DNA of 64,000 bases from Bdellovibrionales bacterium (GCA_965116215.1 OZ220494.1:1563992-1627991); one strand, 5' to 3'; numbered from the stretch's first letter, positions 30,561 to 40,274 are shown. Program-made: numbers and translations. The notes: a model not told the origin generated them from the letters alone.

Positions 30561-32393
30561 ATGTCTTACACACCTTCTTTAAAGACAAAAAAAGCAAAGG
30601 CTTTAGAGGCCAATATTGAATACCAAAAGACTTTAATTACTGAGGAGATACCAAGGCTTATAGCTCTAGGGCAGAAGAAATCTGGATTGACAATTGCAGA
30701 TATTAACGACCTTCTTCCACCTGAGGTATTGGCGGCTGAAGTGCTGGATCAGCTCATGCAGAAGCTGGAAGCAAATGATGTAAAAATTCTAGAGCCATCA
30801 AGTATAAAAAACAAAAAGACGGAACAATCCGAAGAATTTATGTTGGATGACTCAAGCAAGATGGAAGACGAGGAGGATGAGAAGGCAGAGGTTGAAGATA
30901 TAAAGGGGAGTGATCCTGTTCGCCTGTATCTGCGTAAGATGGGAAGCGTGTCACTTTTGACAAGACAGGGTGAAGTGGCGATTGCCCAGAGAATTGAAAA
31001 TGGAGAAAGGGAGATTGTTAAGGCCATTTTGTTATCCCCTGTCGGGACAACGGAAATTATTAACTTAGGAGAAAGGCTCGAGAAGGGGCGTATTAAGGTA
31101 AAGTCTATTTTTCGCGGCTTAGAAGATGAAGAGACGCAGTATGAAGAAAATGAATATATTGAGAAAATTCATGAATTAATTGGTCATGTGAAGGGTTATC
31201 AGAAAAAGACCGCCTCGGAGTTTAGAACACTTCGAAAGGACTATAAGAAGGAGTCTAAGCGAATCGCTTCTCAAAAAAAAGTAATTGAACTCAATCTTGA
31301 ATTAATGAAGGACTTTGAGCAAATCAATTTCAACAGGAAAATTATAGATCGTATTATTATAAAGTTTAAAAATATTGTTGGGCGTATGACAGAACTGCGT
31401 AGTCGATTGAGAAATAGTGCCAAAAAAACATTTACCAATGATGCTCATGATCTTATTGCCCAGTATGAAAGGGCTCAATCAGATGATGTTGAAATGCAAA
31501 ACATACTGCGTAAAACAGGTTTGAGTTATGACACCTTTAGAGCCTATGCTTTGAGTGCAAAAGATGCACTCATAAGAATTGAACGCCTAGAAAAAGAAAC
31601 AGAGATGAATTTTGAGTGGATAAGAGACACGTATACAGCTATTTGGAGGGGAGAAAAGGCAGCTGATGCAGCGAAATCGGAACTTGTTAAGGCCAATTTG
31701 AGACTTGTTGTCTCTATTGCAAAGAAATATACAAATCGTGGTTTGCAGTTCTTAGACCTGATTCAAGAGGGAAATATTGGCCTGATGAAAGCTGTCGATA
31801 AATTTGAGTATCGTCGTGGATATAAGTTTTCAACCTACGCTACATGGTGGATTCGTCAGGCTATTACACGGGCTATTGCCGATCAAGCCAGGACAATTCG
31901 TATTCCCGTGCATATGATTGAAACAATTAATAAGCTTGTAAGGACTTCTCGTCATCTTGTTCAGGAGCTGGGAAGAGAGCCTACACCCGAAGAAATTTCT
32001 GCCAAGATGGAGATGCCGACTGATAAAGTCAGGAAGGTTTTAAAAATAGCAAAGGAGCCTATTAGCCTTGAGACCCCCGTGGGTGAGGAAGAGGATTCCC
32101 ATTTGGGAGACTTTATAGAGGATAAAAAAGTCATTAATCCCTCTGAGGCTATTATAAATATGAATTTAGCGGAGCAAACACGTCGTGTCTTATCTACTTT
32201 AACAGCTCGTGAGGAAAAGGTTTTGAGAATGCGTTTTGGCATTGGTGAGGAGAGCGATCATACTCTTGAGGAAGTCGGGCAGGATTTTAATGTCACACGT
32301 GAGCGTATTCGCCAGATTGAAGCGAAGGCTTTGCGTAAATTGAGACATCCAAATCGATCTAAAAAGATTAAGAATTTTATAGATAGTAAGTGA
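30561..32393 (+). CDS. rpoD: Primary RNA polymerase sigma factor RpoD (sigma-70)
   Basis: Regions 1.1 to 4.2 are present ([11 protein letters not shown]; [40 protein letters not shown]; [30 protein letters not shown]). Confidence 0.97.
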   Translation: MSYTPSLKTKKAKALEANIEYQKTLITEEIPRLIALGQKKSGLTIADINDLLPPEVLAAEVLDQLMQKLEANDVKILEPSSIKNKKTEQSEEFMLDDSSKMEDEEDEKAEVEDIKGSDPVRLYLRKMGSVSLLTRQGEVAIAQRIENGEREIVKAILLSPVGTTEIINLGERLEKGRIKVKSIFRGLEDEETQYEENEYIEKIHELIGHVKGYQKKTASEFRTLRKDYKKESKRIASQKKVIELNLELMKDFEQINFNRKIIDRIIIKFKNIVGRMTELRSRLRNSAKKTFTNDAHDLIAQYERAQSDDVEMQNILRKTGLSYDTFRAYALSAKDALIRIERLEKETEMNFEWIRDTYTAIWRGEKAADAAKSELVKANLRLVVSIAKKYTNRGLQFLDLIQEGNIGLMKAVDKFEYRRGYKFSTYATWWIRQAITRAIADQARTIRIPVHMIETINKLVRTSRHLVQELGREPTPEEISAKMEMPTDKVRKVLKIAKEPISLETPVGEEEDSHLGDFIEDKKVINPSEAIINMNLAEQTRRVLSTLTAREEKVLRMRFGIGEESDHTLEEVGQDFNVTRERIRQIEAKALRKLRHPNRSKKIKNFIDSK

Positions 32394-32417
32394 TCTTTTC
32401 TGAGAGTTCACCGCATA

Positions 32418-32494
32418 GGGCCTATAGCTTAGTTGGTTAAAGCATCCGGCTCATAACCGGAGGATCCGAGGTTCGAGTCCTCGTAGGCCTACCA
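32418..32494 (+). tRNA. tRNA with CAU anticodon (Met or lysidine-modified Ile2; acceptor stem C4/C5 and the AGGCCT-ACCA 3' end favour Ile2)
   Basis: A 77-nt cloverleaf: acceptor GGGCCTA/TAGGCCT (G1-U72), D stem GCTT/AAGC, anticodon stem TCCGG/CCGGA with loop CTCATAA, T arm CGAGG-TTCGAGT-CCTCG, and an encoded CCA. Confidence 0.9.
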
Positions 32495-32764
32495 ATTTTC
32501 TAGAAGATTTTATGGACCTCTCTGACAGAACAGTATGTTGCGTTTTCTAAATCAATTCCATCTGTTCAATTTAAGATTTCTATTTATTGGAAAAAATCAA
32601 TCCTTATGAATCAGAGATTCGAGTCGGTTTTTGAAGGCTTGTTTTTTGGATTTTATTGAGAATTCACCTCTAACAACTTTGGTCTTTTTGGAAAAAGTGC
32701 ATGGAGTGAGGTGTCCCATATTCACAGTTCGACAGTTTTTACTTCTTTATGATAGTTTTAAATT

Positions 32765-33178
32765 GGTTTTGCAGGTGATCGCTGTGTGGGGTATCTGTAG
32801 TTCATGTCTTTTCTTGGACTTGTAAACAGATATGTCAGTACAGAGGAAAGTCCGGACTCCAAATGGCAACGTAGAGGGTAATACCCTCCCATCGCAAGGT
32901 GAGGAACAGTGGAACAGAAAGGATGTCCAGAGCATTGAGCCTAGGGCTGGGAACGGGAAGCCTTGGGGGAGCTGCTGGAGTGAAATCAGCTAAACTCTAC
33001 GTGGAGCAAGATCAAATAGGAGAGCACTTGAGCACGGCCAGTGCAAGCTTTCGGGTGAGATCGCTAGAGGGCTCTTGTGAAAGAGCCCCCAGATGAATGG
33101 TCCCCTCCTAAATTTGTTTTTGTCGAGCAGGTTTAGAAGACAGAATCCGGCTTAACGCAAATCCCTCGATCGATAAAC
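32765..33178 (+). ncRNA. rnpB: RNase P RNA (bacterial type A)
   Basis: The universally conserved P4 strands GAGGAAAGTCCGG (about 32842) and ACAGAATCCGGCTTA (about 33140) are present. A P3-like hairpin TATCTGT...ACAGATA lies upstream of P4. The ends are inferred from partial 5'/3' complementarity (GGTTTT..GATCG..GGGG versus CCCT CGATC G ATAAAC) and are uncertain by about 15 nt. Confidence 0.9.
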
Positions 33179-33183
33179 TATAG

Positions 33184-33219
33184 GGCCAGCATCTTTATTA
33201 AGTGCTGGCCTTATTTTAT
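33184..33219 (+). terminator. Rho-independent terminator after rnpB
   Basis: Hairpin GGCCAGCA-tctttattaag-TGCTGGCC followed by TTATTTTAT. Confidence 0.75.
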
Positions 33220-33365
33220 ATCTTTTCATCAAGCTCAATTTCAGGAAATAGCAGACATTTCAACCAAAATCTTTTATATCTATGAGAGCTTCGTAAGAGC
33301 TGTGATGTATTGAGAAGACATCCTTCTATCTTTTAGAGCTTTACAAAAGGGAGATAGAAAACCCT

Positions 33366-34970
33366 ATGGAGATAGGATCACCTATTCATCATCAAGATCT
33401 CTCTTTTCAAGAGAATCAGAAATCCATGTTAAAGTGTGTCCAAAATTGGAAATCTGCTCTAGAAACGGTTTATAGTGGAGGAGGAGAATCTTCTATTCGA
33501 AGGCATAAAGAGCGAGGCAAATGGACTGCCCGTGAACGCATTAATCAACTGATAGATGCACAGTCCTCATTTCTAGAATTGAGTGCTCTTGCGGCTTGGG
33601 ATATGTATGACAATGTGGCCCCCGGTGCAGGGCTTATTACGGGCATTGGTGTCATTCATGGCCATGAGTGTGTTGTTGTAGCTAATGATGCCACTGTTAA
33701 GGGGGGAACCTATTTCCCTATCACAGTAAAGAAACATTTACGTGCGCAAGAAATTGCTATGGAAAATGGGCTCCCCTGTATCTATCTTGTGGACAGTGGT
33801 GGTGCCTTCCTTCCGCTACAATCAGAGGTTTTTCCAGATCGTGATCACTTTGGAAGAATTTTTTATAATCAAGCCCAAATGTCAGCTATGGGTTTGGCTC
33901 AGATTGCTGTTGTGATGGGGAGTTGTACAGCAGGTGGAGCTTATGTTCCGGCTATGAGTGATGAAAATATCATTGTTAAAGGGAATGGAACTATTTTTTT
34001 AGGAGGCCCGCCCCTTGTAAAGGCTGCCACGGGAGAAACAGTAACATCTGATGAGTTAGGAGGAGGGCATGTTCATTGTGAGGTGAGTGGCGTTACAGAT
34101 CATTTAGCAGACAACGATGAAGAGGCTCTTCTTATTTGTCGGGACATTATAAAAAATCTAAATATTCAAAAAAATATTCCTCTAAAAACTCTTGAACCAA
34201 GAGATCCACTTTTTGATAAAAAAGAACTTTATGGTATTGTTCCCAGTGATTTGCGAAGAACATTTGATATGAAAGAAGTTATTGCACGTATTGTTGATGG
34301 TAGTGAGTTTTATGAATTTAAACCCAGGTATGGAAAAACCTTATTAACGGGCTTTTCACATATTTGGGGATATCCCGTTGGTCTTATTGCAAACAATGGT
34401 GTGCTCTTTGGAGAAAGTGCTCTTAAAGGGGCTCACTTTGTTGAGCTATGTTGTCAAAGGGGAGTTCCTATTGTGTTTTTACAAAACATTACTGGTTTTA
34501 TGGTTGGAAAAAAGTATGAAAATGAGGGTATTGCTAAGGATGGAGCGAAGTTAGTGATGGCTGTTAGCAACGCCAATGTTCCTAAATTTACCGTGGTTAT
34601 TGGAGGATCTTTTGGTGCTGGTAATTATGGTATGTGTGGAAGGGCTTTTCAACCAAGACAGCTATGGATGTGGCCGAATGCACGCATATCCGTTATGGGT
34701 GGTGAGCAAGCAGCAAATGTTTTATTGACAGTGAAAAAGGATCAGCTTCTTAAGAAAAAGAAAACTTGGAGTGAGGAAGAGTGTGATGAGTTTAAAAAGC
34801 CTATTTTAGATAAATATGAAAGAGAAAGTTCAGCCTATTTTTCAACAGCTCGAATATGGGATGACGGTATTATTGACCCCATAGATACACGAAAAGTATT
34901 AGCTCTGGGTATTTCGGCAAGTTTTAACAAAAAATGGGAAAATACTCACTTCGGTATTTTTAGAATGTAA
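33366..34970 (+). CDS. mccB: Methylcrotonyl-CoA carboxylase carboxyltransferase (beta) subunit
   Basis: Long blocks match those I recall from MCCC2/LiuB ([45 protein letters not shown]; [15 protein letters not shown]; [19 protein letters not shown]). Confidence 0.9.
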   Translation: MEIGSPIHHQDLSFQENQKSMLKCVQNWKSALETVYSGGGESSIRRHKERGKWTARERINQLIDAQSSFLELSALAAWDMYDNVAPGAGLITGIGVIHGHECVVVANDATVKGGTYFPITVKKHLRAQEIAMENGLPCIYLVDSGGAFLPLQSEVFPDRDHFGRIFYNQAQMSAMGLAQIAVVMGSCTAGGAYVPAMSDENIIVKGNGTIFLGGPPLVKAATGETVTSDELGGGHVHCEVSGVTDHLADNDEEALLICRDIIKNLNIQKNIPLKTLEPRDPLFDKKELYGIVPSDLRRTFDMKEVIARIVDGSEFYEFKPRYGKTLLTGFSHIWGYPVGLIANNGVLFGESALKGAHFVELCCQRGVPIVFLQNITGFMVGKKYENEGIAKDGAKLVMAVSNANVPKFTVVIGGSFGAGNYGMCGRAFQPRQLWMWPNARISVMGGEQAANVLLTVKKDQLLKKKKTWSEEECDEFKKPILDKYERESSAYFSTARIWDDGIIDPIDTRKVLALGISASFNKKWENTHFGIFRM

Positions 34971-35023
34971 TGAAAAGTCTTTCTGTATTTTCTGCTGATA
35001 TATGAGGTATATGGACTGTTAAT

Positions 35024-35803
35024 ATGAAAACAATAAAAACCACTCAAGATAATGATATTTTTAGAATCACTTTAAATAGACCAGAGGTTCATAATGCATT
35101 TCATCCGGAAATGATAAGTGAGCTGACTGATATATTTAGATCTGTACAGACGAGGCAAGATATCAGGGTTATTGTTTTGAATGGGGAAGGTCCAAGCTTT
35201 TGCTCTGGAGCTGATTTAAATTGGATGAAATCTATGGTGAATTTTTCTTTTGAGGAAAACATGAAGGATGCAGAGAAGTTTCATGATTTATTGACAGCAG
35301 CCATGGAAACACTCACACCTATTATTGGAAGAGTTCATGGCCATGTGTTTGGCGGAGGTCTGGGGCTTTTGGCCATCTGTGATATTGTTGCTGCCGAAAC
35401 TCAAACACAATTTTGTTTTAGTGAAGTGAGAATAGGACTTGTACCTGCTATTATCTTACCCTTTGTATTGTTAAAAGTCGCTCCCTCTTGGATTAGAGAG
35501 TATGCTCTAACAGCTCAATCTTTTGATACAGCTTTAGCAAAGGAAATGCGGTTGATACAGTTTTTTGGTCATCTAAAAGTTGTGGATGAGTATGTAAATC
35601 GTCATATTGATATGTTGAGGTGTTCGGGTCCAGAAGCCATCAGAGAGACTAAGCGGATATTAAATACAGCATCGGGACATTATATTCATGAAACCTCTAA
35701 GGCAGAAACCATAAGAATTATATCTGAACGCAGGATCAGTAAAGAGGGGCAAGAGGGTTTACGCACTTTTTTTGATAAGCAAAAACCTCACTGGTTAAAA
35801 TAG
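35024..35803 (+). CDS. liuC: Enoyl-CoA hydratase family, probable methylglutaconyl-CoA hydratase
   Basis: Crotonase fold motifs (FCSGADL; GHVFGGGLGLLAICDI) and a position between the MCC beta and alpha genes. Confidence 0.8.
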   Translation: MKTIKTTQDNDIFRITLNRPEVHNAFHPEMISELTDIFRSVQTRQDIRVIVLNGEGPSFCSGADLNWMKSMVNFSFEENMKDAEKFHDLLTAAMETLTPIIGRVHGHVFGGGLGLLAICDIVAAETQTQFCFSEVRIGLVPAIILPFVLLKVAPSWIREYALTAQSFDTALAKEMRLIQFFGHLKVVDEYVNRHIDMLRCSGPEAIRETKRILNTASGHYIHETSKAETIRIISERRISKEGQEGLRTFFDKQKPHWLK

Positions 35804-35821
35804 ATATCATTGGTAAAGATT

Positions 35822-37276
35822 ATGAACTTTAAGAAAGTAGCGATTGCAAACCGAGGAGAGGTGGCTGTTCGAATCATTCATGCCTGTAAAGAACTGGGAA
35901 TCGAAACGGCTTTATTACATTCAGATGCAGATGTAGATACAAAGGCCTATCGTCTTGCCGATGAATGTGTATGTATTGGCTCTGGGCCATCTATTGAGAG
36001 CTATTTAAATATTCAAAATAATATTGATGGGTCTTTAAGTGTGGGTGCAGATGCTGTTCATCCGGGGTTTGGCTTCCTTTCAGAAAATCCAAATTTTTCT
36101 AAAGCCTGTAAAGAAGTAGGGATTGTGTTTATAGGGTGTTCTTCGAAGGTCATGGCCTTAATGGGAAATAAAGTAGAGGCCAGAAAAGTGGCAAAGCAGG
36201 CGGGTCTTCTTGTTTTAGAGGGTTTGGAGTCTGCAGATGTTCAGGCGTGTGCGCAATATGCTGAAGAAATAGGTTACCCTGTCATTATAAAAGCCACTGG
36301 GGGAGGAGGGGGGAAGGGATTAAAAATCGTACGCTCTTCAAAAGAGTTTCAGGAGCAATGGTCTTCGGCCCAAAGAGAATCGCAGAGCAGCTTTGGTTCT
36401 TCTGAGGTTTTTTTAGAAAAATATTTAGCTCATGCTAAACACATTGAGGTTCAAGTCTTAGCAGACTCTAAAGGCAATGTAGTGACCGTTGGTGAGCGTG
36501 AGTGTAGTGTTCAAAGGCGGCATCAGAAAATAATCGAAGAGGCCCCTTGTTTATCATTGGATAGTACAACTAAGGAGTCTATGTATGAGGCTTCGCAAAA
36601 GTTAGCCAGTTCTATTGGATATGTTGGAGCAGGAACTGTTGAGTTTTTATATGAAGGGGGGATGTTTTATTTTTTGGAGATGAATACACGACTACAAGTA
36701 GAGCATCCGGTGACAGAGTTAGTGTACGGGATGGATCTTGTTAAGGAGCAAATTCGTATTGCCGAGGGAGCTCCGCTCTCTGTTACACAATCGGAAATTA
36801 TCCCTAGAGGTCATGCTCTCGAATGTCGTTTATATGCAGAAGATGCCTATGCTGGCGGGCTACCGAGCACGGGGATTTTAGGAAGTGTCATTTGGCCTAT
36901 GGGGCCTCATAGACGCTTTGATGTTGGTTTTGAAACGGGAGATGAAATTAAGCCCCTGTATGATTCTATGATTGCTAAAATTATCACATGGGATACGGCT
37001 AGAGCAGAAAACTTAAGAAAAATGCAAGAGGTTTTATCCAATGTGATTGTTTTTGGAGTACAGACAAATATTCCTCTTTTAAGGGAAATTATTCGTCATT
37101 CTGATTTTTCAAAAGGAGTAATGACTACAGAGTTTATAGAGAAGTATTTCTCTGAAGCATTAAAAAAGCCGTCTCCGCCAAAAGAGATTTTAGAGTTAAG
37201 AGACAAGCTATTAACAGATAATATGCAAGTAGTGGGGAGAGTCCCTTCGCCTTGGGTAGCTGATTGGAAATGTTGA
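35822..37276 (+). CDS. mccA: Methylcrotonyl-CoA carboxylase alpha subunit, biotin carboxylase portion (no BCCP domain)
   Basis: Biotin carboxylase motifs (KVAIANRGEVAVRIIHAC; GYPVIIKATGGGGGKGL; EMNTRLQVEHPVTE). The likely ATG is at 35822. The ORF ends right after SPWVADWKC. Confidence 0.88.
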   Translation: MNFKKVAIANRGEVAVRIIHACKELGIETALLHSDADVDTKAYRLADECVCIGSGPSIESYLNIQNNIDGSLSVGADAVHPGFGFLSENPNFSKACKEVGIVFIGCSSKVMALMGNKVEARKVAKQAGLLVLEGLESADVQACAQYAEEIGYPVIIKATGGGGGKGLKIVRSSKEFQEQWSSAQRESQSSFGSSEVFLEKYLAHAKHIEVQVLADSKGNVVTVGERECSVQRRHQKIIEEAPCLSLDSTTKESMYEASQKLASSIGYVGAGTVEFLYEGGMFYFLEMNTRLQVEHPVTELVYGMDLVKEQIRIAEGAPLSVTQSEIIPRGHALECRLYAEDAYAGGLPSTGILGSVIWPMGPHRRFDVGFETGDEIKPLYDSMIAKIITWDTARAENLRKMQEVLSNVIVFGVQTNIPLLREIIRHSDFSKGVMTTEFIEKYFSEALKKPSPPKEILELRDKLLTDNMQVVGRVPSPWVADWKC

Positions 37277-37298
37277 TTTTTTTAAGGGATAAAAGAAT

Positions 37299-37709
37299 AT
37301 GGTGAGACAGAATGTTGCAGGATCCAGTTTATCCAGTGTGGAGACAGCAGGAGGCGTTTTACTATGGGAAAAAATGAAAGATGGGACGCTCTGGGTGCAC
37401 TTCCAAGGTGATGTGTATGTCTTTCACAGGGGATCTCGTCGTCAAAAGAAGGGGGGGGATTTTAGTGAATCACCTCAAGTGATTAAGGCTCCTATGCCGG
37501 GTAAGGTTATACAGCTTTTAAAAAATGAGGGAGATCTTGTTCAAGAGGGTGATGTGATTGTTGTCATGGAGGCCATGAAAATGGAATACAATTTAAAGTC
37601 TATAAAGAGTGGCACAGTTTCTCAAATCACTTGTCAGGTAGGTGATCAGGTCCCATTGGGTCGGCACCTTGTACACATAAAAATTGAAGATGTCGTTCAG
37701 AGCGAATAA
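37299..37709 (+). CDS. Biotin carboxyl carrier (biotinyl domain) portion of the carboxylase alpha subunit, encoded as a separate ORF
   Basis: Biotinylation motif VMEAMKMEY within a lipoyl/biotinyl fold (APMPGKVIQLLKNEGDLVQEGDVIVVMEAMKME). Confidence 0.85.
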   Translation: MVRQNVAGSSLSSVETAGGVLLWEKMKDGTLWVHFQGDVYVFHRGSRRQKKGGDFSESPQVIKAPMPGKVIQLLKNEGDLVQEGDVIVVMEAMKMEYNLKSIKSGTVSQITCQVGDQVPLGRHLVHIKIEDVVQSE

Positions 37710-37819
37710 TCCTATGAGCAGTTGTTTTATTTAGTGAGAACCTTGTGCTTGTGTACATAAAAATTAAATGTGTAGTGGTTTAGGTTTGATAGGGCCGTTT
37801 CTTCTCCTTCCTATTGAAC

Positions 37820-38557
37820 TTACAAAGCTTCGTCGATAATATTTTTTAACTCATCTTCAAGTTTCTTAAGATCCTTAACAAATAAAGTGTGTTTTTTACT
37901 TAAAAGTTTTCTCAAGCGAGGTCCATTCTTATATGATGATATTATCCACTTTGCACTGTCTCTAAAGAACTTGACCGTGAAATCAAAAGTTTTCTCAAAT
38001 GCTTGCTGCAGCGGTAATTCAGCTTTAAGATTTAAACCCACATCTACTAGGAATATTCCCATAGCCATTGAATAAGCCCCTATACCAACCCCCTGAGCAA
38101 AAGCAGCCGCCCCTCCCCCTACAGCAGCACCTCCAGCAATCGATGGGTTTGTGATTAACGGGATTGTGAATAACGCTAATACTAAAATGGGAACACCTAT
38201 ACTCGTTAAGTTAGTTTTTATTAAAAATTTCTTTAGTGGTTTTATACCTATTGGATGGACCAACTTTTCGCAATCTTGACCTAGATAACACTTGTAAAGA
38301 TGAACTCTTTTTAAGGGTTGGTTGGAACTAGGGGGGACTGTGTAGTAAATGGTTTCAGTCCTAATCTCAAGCCATTCCGACTGAGAGAGTGGCTCAATTC
38401 CTTTTTGATAAATCCTAGTTATTTGCCAGTGTTTATACTGCAAATTGCTAATAGGCGGATGAGTTCCTTCTTGCGTCTGTTTAGTTGTTTGGGCCAAAGA
38501 GCCTGTAGAGAGTGTTAATCCCACAGCTAGAGTGAAAATGAATTTTAAAGGGTTCAT
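37820..38557 (-). CDS. Signal-peptide / Gly-Ala-rich (glycine-zipper-like) membrane protein, paralogue 1
   Basis: 245 aa. The signal peptide MNPLKFIFTLAVGLTLSTGSLAQ is nearly identical to that of the 39288-39893 product. It has a Cys pair (YKCYLGQDCEKLV), the segment AGGAAVGGGAAAFAQGVGIGAYSMAMGIF, and a conserved C-terminal RLRKLLSKKxxLFV. Confidence 0.7.
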   Translation of the reverse strand: MNPLKFIFTLAVGLTLSTGSLAQTTKQTQEGTHPPISNLQYKHWQITRIYQKGIEPLSQSEWLEIRTETIYYTVPPSSNQPLKRVHLYKCYLGQDCEKLVHPIGIKPLKKFLIKTNLTSIGVPILVLALFTIPLITNPSIAGGAAVGGGAAAFAQGVGIGAYSMAMGIFLVDVGLNLKAELPLQQAFEKTFDFTVKFFRDSAKWIISSYKNGPRLRKLLSKKHTLFVKDLKKLEDELKNIIDEAL

Positions 38558-38609
38558 AAAAATTCCTCCTGTTACAGGTTAGTCTTATATATATGCCCTA
38601 TGTTTAAGG

Positions 38610-38625
38610 AGCAAGTGCTGTGCTA
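38610..38625 (-). promoter_or_regulatory. Degenerate sigma-54-type promoter (TAGCACAGCACTTGCT; GG->AG at -24)
   Basis: Positional homologue of the consensus promoter at 39946-39961. The same -12 TTGCT is present but the -24 element reads TAGCAC. Confidence 0.45.
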
Positions 38626-38708
38626 GGTTATAGAGTTTGGTTTTTATTTGAAAAAAAAGGGGATTGTTTTTAAAAGGAGCCAACTTCTTGTTTAAAACAA
38701 AACAATGA

Positions 38709-38728
38709 GCAAACTTTATACAGTTTGC
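38709..38728. promoter_or_regulatory. Perfect 20-bp palindrome GCAAACT-TTATAC-AGTTTGC (candidate activator binding site)
   Basis: The 7-bp arms are exactly complementary. It lies 84 bp upstream of the -24 element of paralogue 1 and directly next to the (AAAAC)2 tract. Confidence 0.4.
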
Positions 38729-38856
38729 CAAGTTCTTTTACATTTTTTCATCATTTCAAAGAGTCTGTCTTTAGTTGTCAGGCTTTTAGATTTTATATGT
38801 CACAAATCCCTATATCAGCTCTTTAGAGCCAAGAGTTTTAAGATTTTGCCAGACAA

Positions 38857-39040
38857 GGGGAGGAAAGGGTTTTTGTCTTTGTCTTAAAGCGAGTTTTCCA
38901 AAGCGCAGGGGCGTATCTTCAAGGAGATACAGTTTATTTTCAACTTGAGTATATGAGCTTTAGTCTGGAGCGGAAAAGGATTTTTATCTTTCTTTTAAAG
39001 GGAGTTTTCCAAAGTATAGGGGTGTATTTGTAATTGAGAT
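38857..39040 (+). repeat. Two tandem direct half-copies of the palindromic-element left arm (copy B)
   Basis: ggaaagggtttttgtctttgtcttaaagcgagttttccaaagcgcaggggcgtatcttc and ggaaaaggatttttatctttcttttaaagggagttttccaaagtataggggtgtatttg. Both resemble 40430-40490. Confidence 0.7.
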
Positions 39041-39164
39041 AGCCACATTTTTGAAGGATTTTAAGTGAGAAGTAGAACATATCTGTGACTGTGAAGTTTC
39101 ATAACGCTTAAATCATGTCACTCTGTTTGCGCTTTTTCTTTTGGTAAAAGATCTTAATAAATAG

Positions 39165-39219
39165 TTATAAAAAACCGCTGACAGACACTCTTTGTGTTTT
39201 TGAGAGTCTTCAGCGGTTT
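39165..39219 (-). terminator. Rho-independent terminator of the 39288-39893 gene
   Basis: Inverted repeat AAACCGCTGA(cagacactc...gagagtct)TCAGCGGTTT, followed on the minus strand by TTTTTTATA. Confidence 0.75.
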
Positions 39220-39287
39220 GAAAGTCGTGTTTCAATGAGAGGTTTTGAGTTTTTTGCTCAAACCTTAATTCCCATTAGTGAGAAAAT

Positions 39288-39893
39288 TTATCGTACGTAG
39301 TTTCTGGGCTCCTCTCTTTTCAAAATTATCTTTTTAATAAGATATTCTAAGTTCTGCTCAAGCTGCTCAATATTGCGAACAAATAAGACATCCTTTTTAC
39401 TTAAAAGTTTTCTCAAACGAGAGCCTTCTGTTAAATTTCTAGTTAGATTATGTCCTCCTTTCTTCATTGTTGTTGCTCCTCCTATTAATGAAACTGCACC
39501 CGTGGCTCCTGCTGCTAACGTTGTTGATGGCACTAGGACGACTGCACCCACCATCACTCCTGCCCCGAAGAGCAAAGCTCCGACTCCGAATACGCCAGCT
39601 TTCAAGTTCTCCTGTTTTAACGTGTTTCTTAACTCATTTAAGGTCACCACTTCATCAACCAAGGGTTCACAACTCTCATTGTTATGACGCTCATCTCTAG
39701 TGCATGTATAGACCACAATGGCTGTGAGTTCTTCATTATTTACCTGTTCAGATGCTTTTCGGACCTCAATCCATTTGAGAAAAGAGGGGTCAGCATTTTT
39801 TTCTTTTATTGTGGTGGTTTTTTGAGCCAAAGAGCTGATAGAGAGTGTTAATCCCACAGCTAGAGTGAAAATGAATTTTAAATAGTGATTCAT
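39288..39893 (-). CDS. Signal-peptide / Gly-Ala-rich (glycine-zipper-like) membrane protein, paralogue 2
   Basis: 201 aa. It has signal peptide MNHYLKFIFTLAVGLTLSISSLAQ, a Cys pair (YTCTRDERHNNESCEPLV), the segment GVFGVGALLFGAGVMVGAVV...AAGATGAVSLIGGA, and C-terminal RLRKLLSKKDVLFV. A strong AGGAGG lies upstream of the ATG. Confidence 0.7.
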   Translation of the reverse strand: MNHYLKFIFTLAVGLTLSISSLAQKTTTIKEKNADPSFLKWIEVRKASEQVNNEELTAIVVYTCTRDERHNNESCEPLVDEVVTLNELRNTLKQENLKAGVFGVGALLFGAGVMVGAVVLVPSTTLAAGATGAVSLIGGATTMKKGGHNLTRNLTEGSRLRKLLSKKDVLFVRNIEQLEQNLEYLIKKIILKREEPRNYVR

Positions 39894-39945
39894 AAAAAGT
39901 TCCTCCTGTTATAGGTTAGTCCTATTGTATGTTCTATGTTTAAGG

Positions 39946-39961
39946 AGCAAGTGTTGTGCCA
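39946..39961 (-). promoter_or_regulatory. Consensus sigma-54 (RpoN) promoter TGGCAC-AACAC-TTGCT
   Basis: The minus-strand sequence TGGCACAACACTTGCT matches TGGCAC-N5-TTGCW at every specified position. Its -12 GC lies about 54 nt upstream of the ATG at 39893. Confidence 0.8.
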
Positions 39962-40034
39962 GGTTATAGAAATTGATTTTTTATTTGAAGAAAGGAAGAT
40001 TGTTTTTGCTCTTAAAAGGAGCTAACCTTTTGTT

Positions 40035-40269
40035 AAAACAAAACAAAACAAAACAAAACAAAACAAAACAAAACAAAACAAAACAAAACAAAACAAAACA
40101 AAACAAAACAAAACAAAACAAAACAAAACAAAACAAAACAAAACAAAACAAAACAAAACAAAACAAAACAAAACAAAACAAAACAAAACAAAACAAAACA
40201 AAACAAAACAAAACAAAACAAAACAAAACAAAACAAAACAAAACAAAACAAAACAAAACAAAACAAAAC
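40035..40269. repeat. Perfect pentanucleotide microsatellite (AAAAC)47, read as (GTTTT)47 on the gene strand
   Basis: 235 bp with no interruption, counted directly and consistent with the KQNKT-periodic ORF in the track. The homologous position at 38694-38703 has 2 units. Confidence 0.98.
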
Positions 40270-40274
40270 AATGA

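Noticed and set aside
32631-33096. Three ORFs (32631-32825 +, 32747-32935 -, 32899-33096 +) between the tRNA and mccB
   Set aside because: They overlap the RNase P RNA gene, which has the universally conserved P4 sequences. They are spurious translations of a structured RNA.
38705-38887. A small ORF (60 aa; homologous 47-aa ORF from 40271) starting exactly at the end of the AAAAC tract
   Set aside because: All eight or so differences between the two copies are non-synonymous and spread over all codon positions, and the C-termini differ. There is no sign of purifying selection, so the conservation is better explained as regulatory DNA.
39962-40034. IHF-like site (AATCAATTTCTAT) between the sigma-54 promoter and the repeat tract
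   Set aside because: It matches the WATCAA core but not the TTR element of WATCAANNNNTTR. In AT-rich DNA this is not distinguishable from chance.
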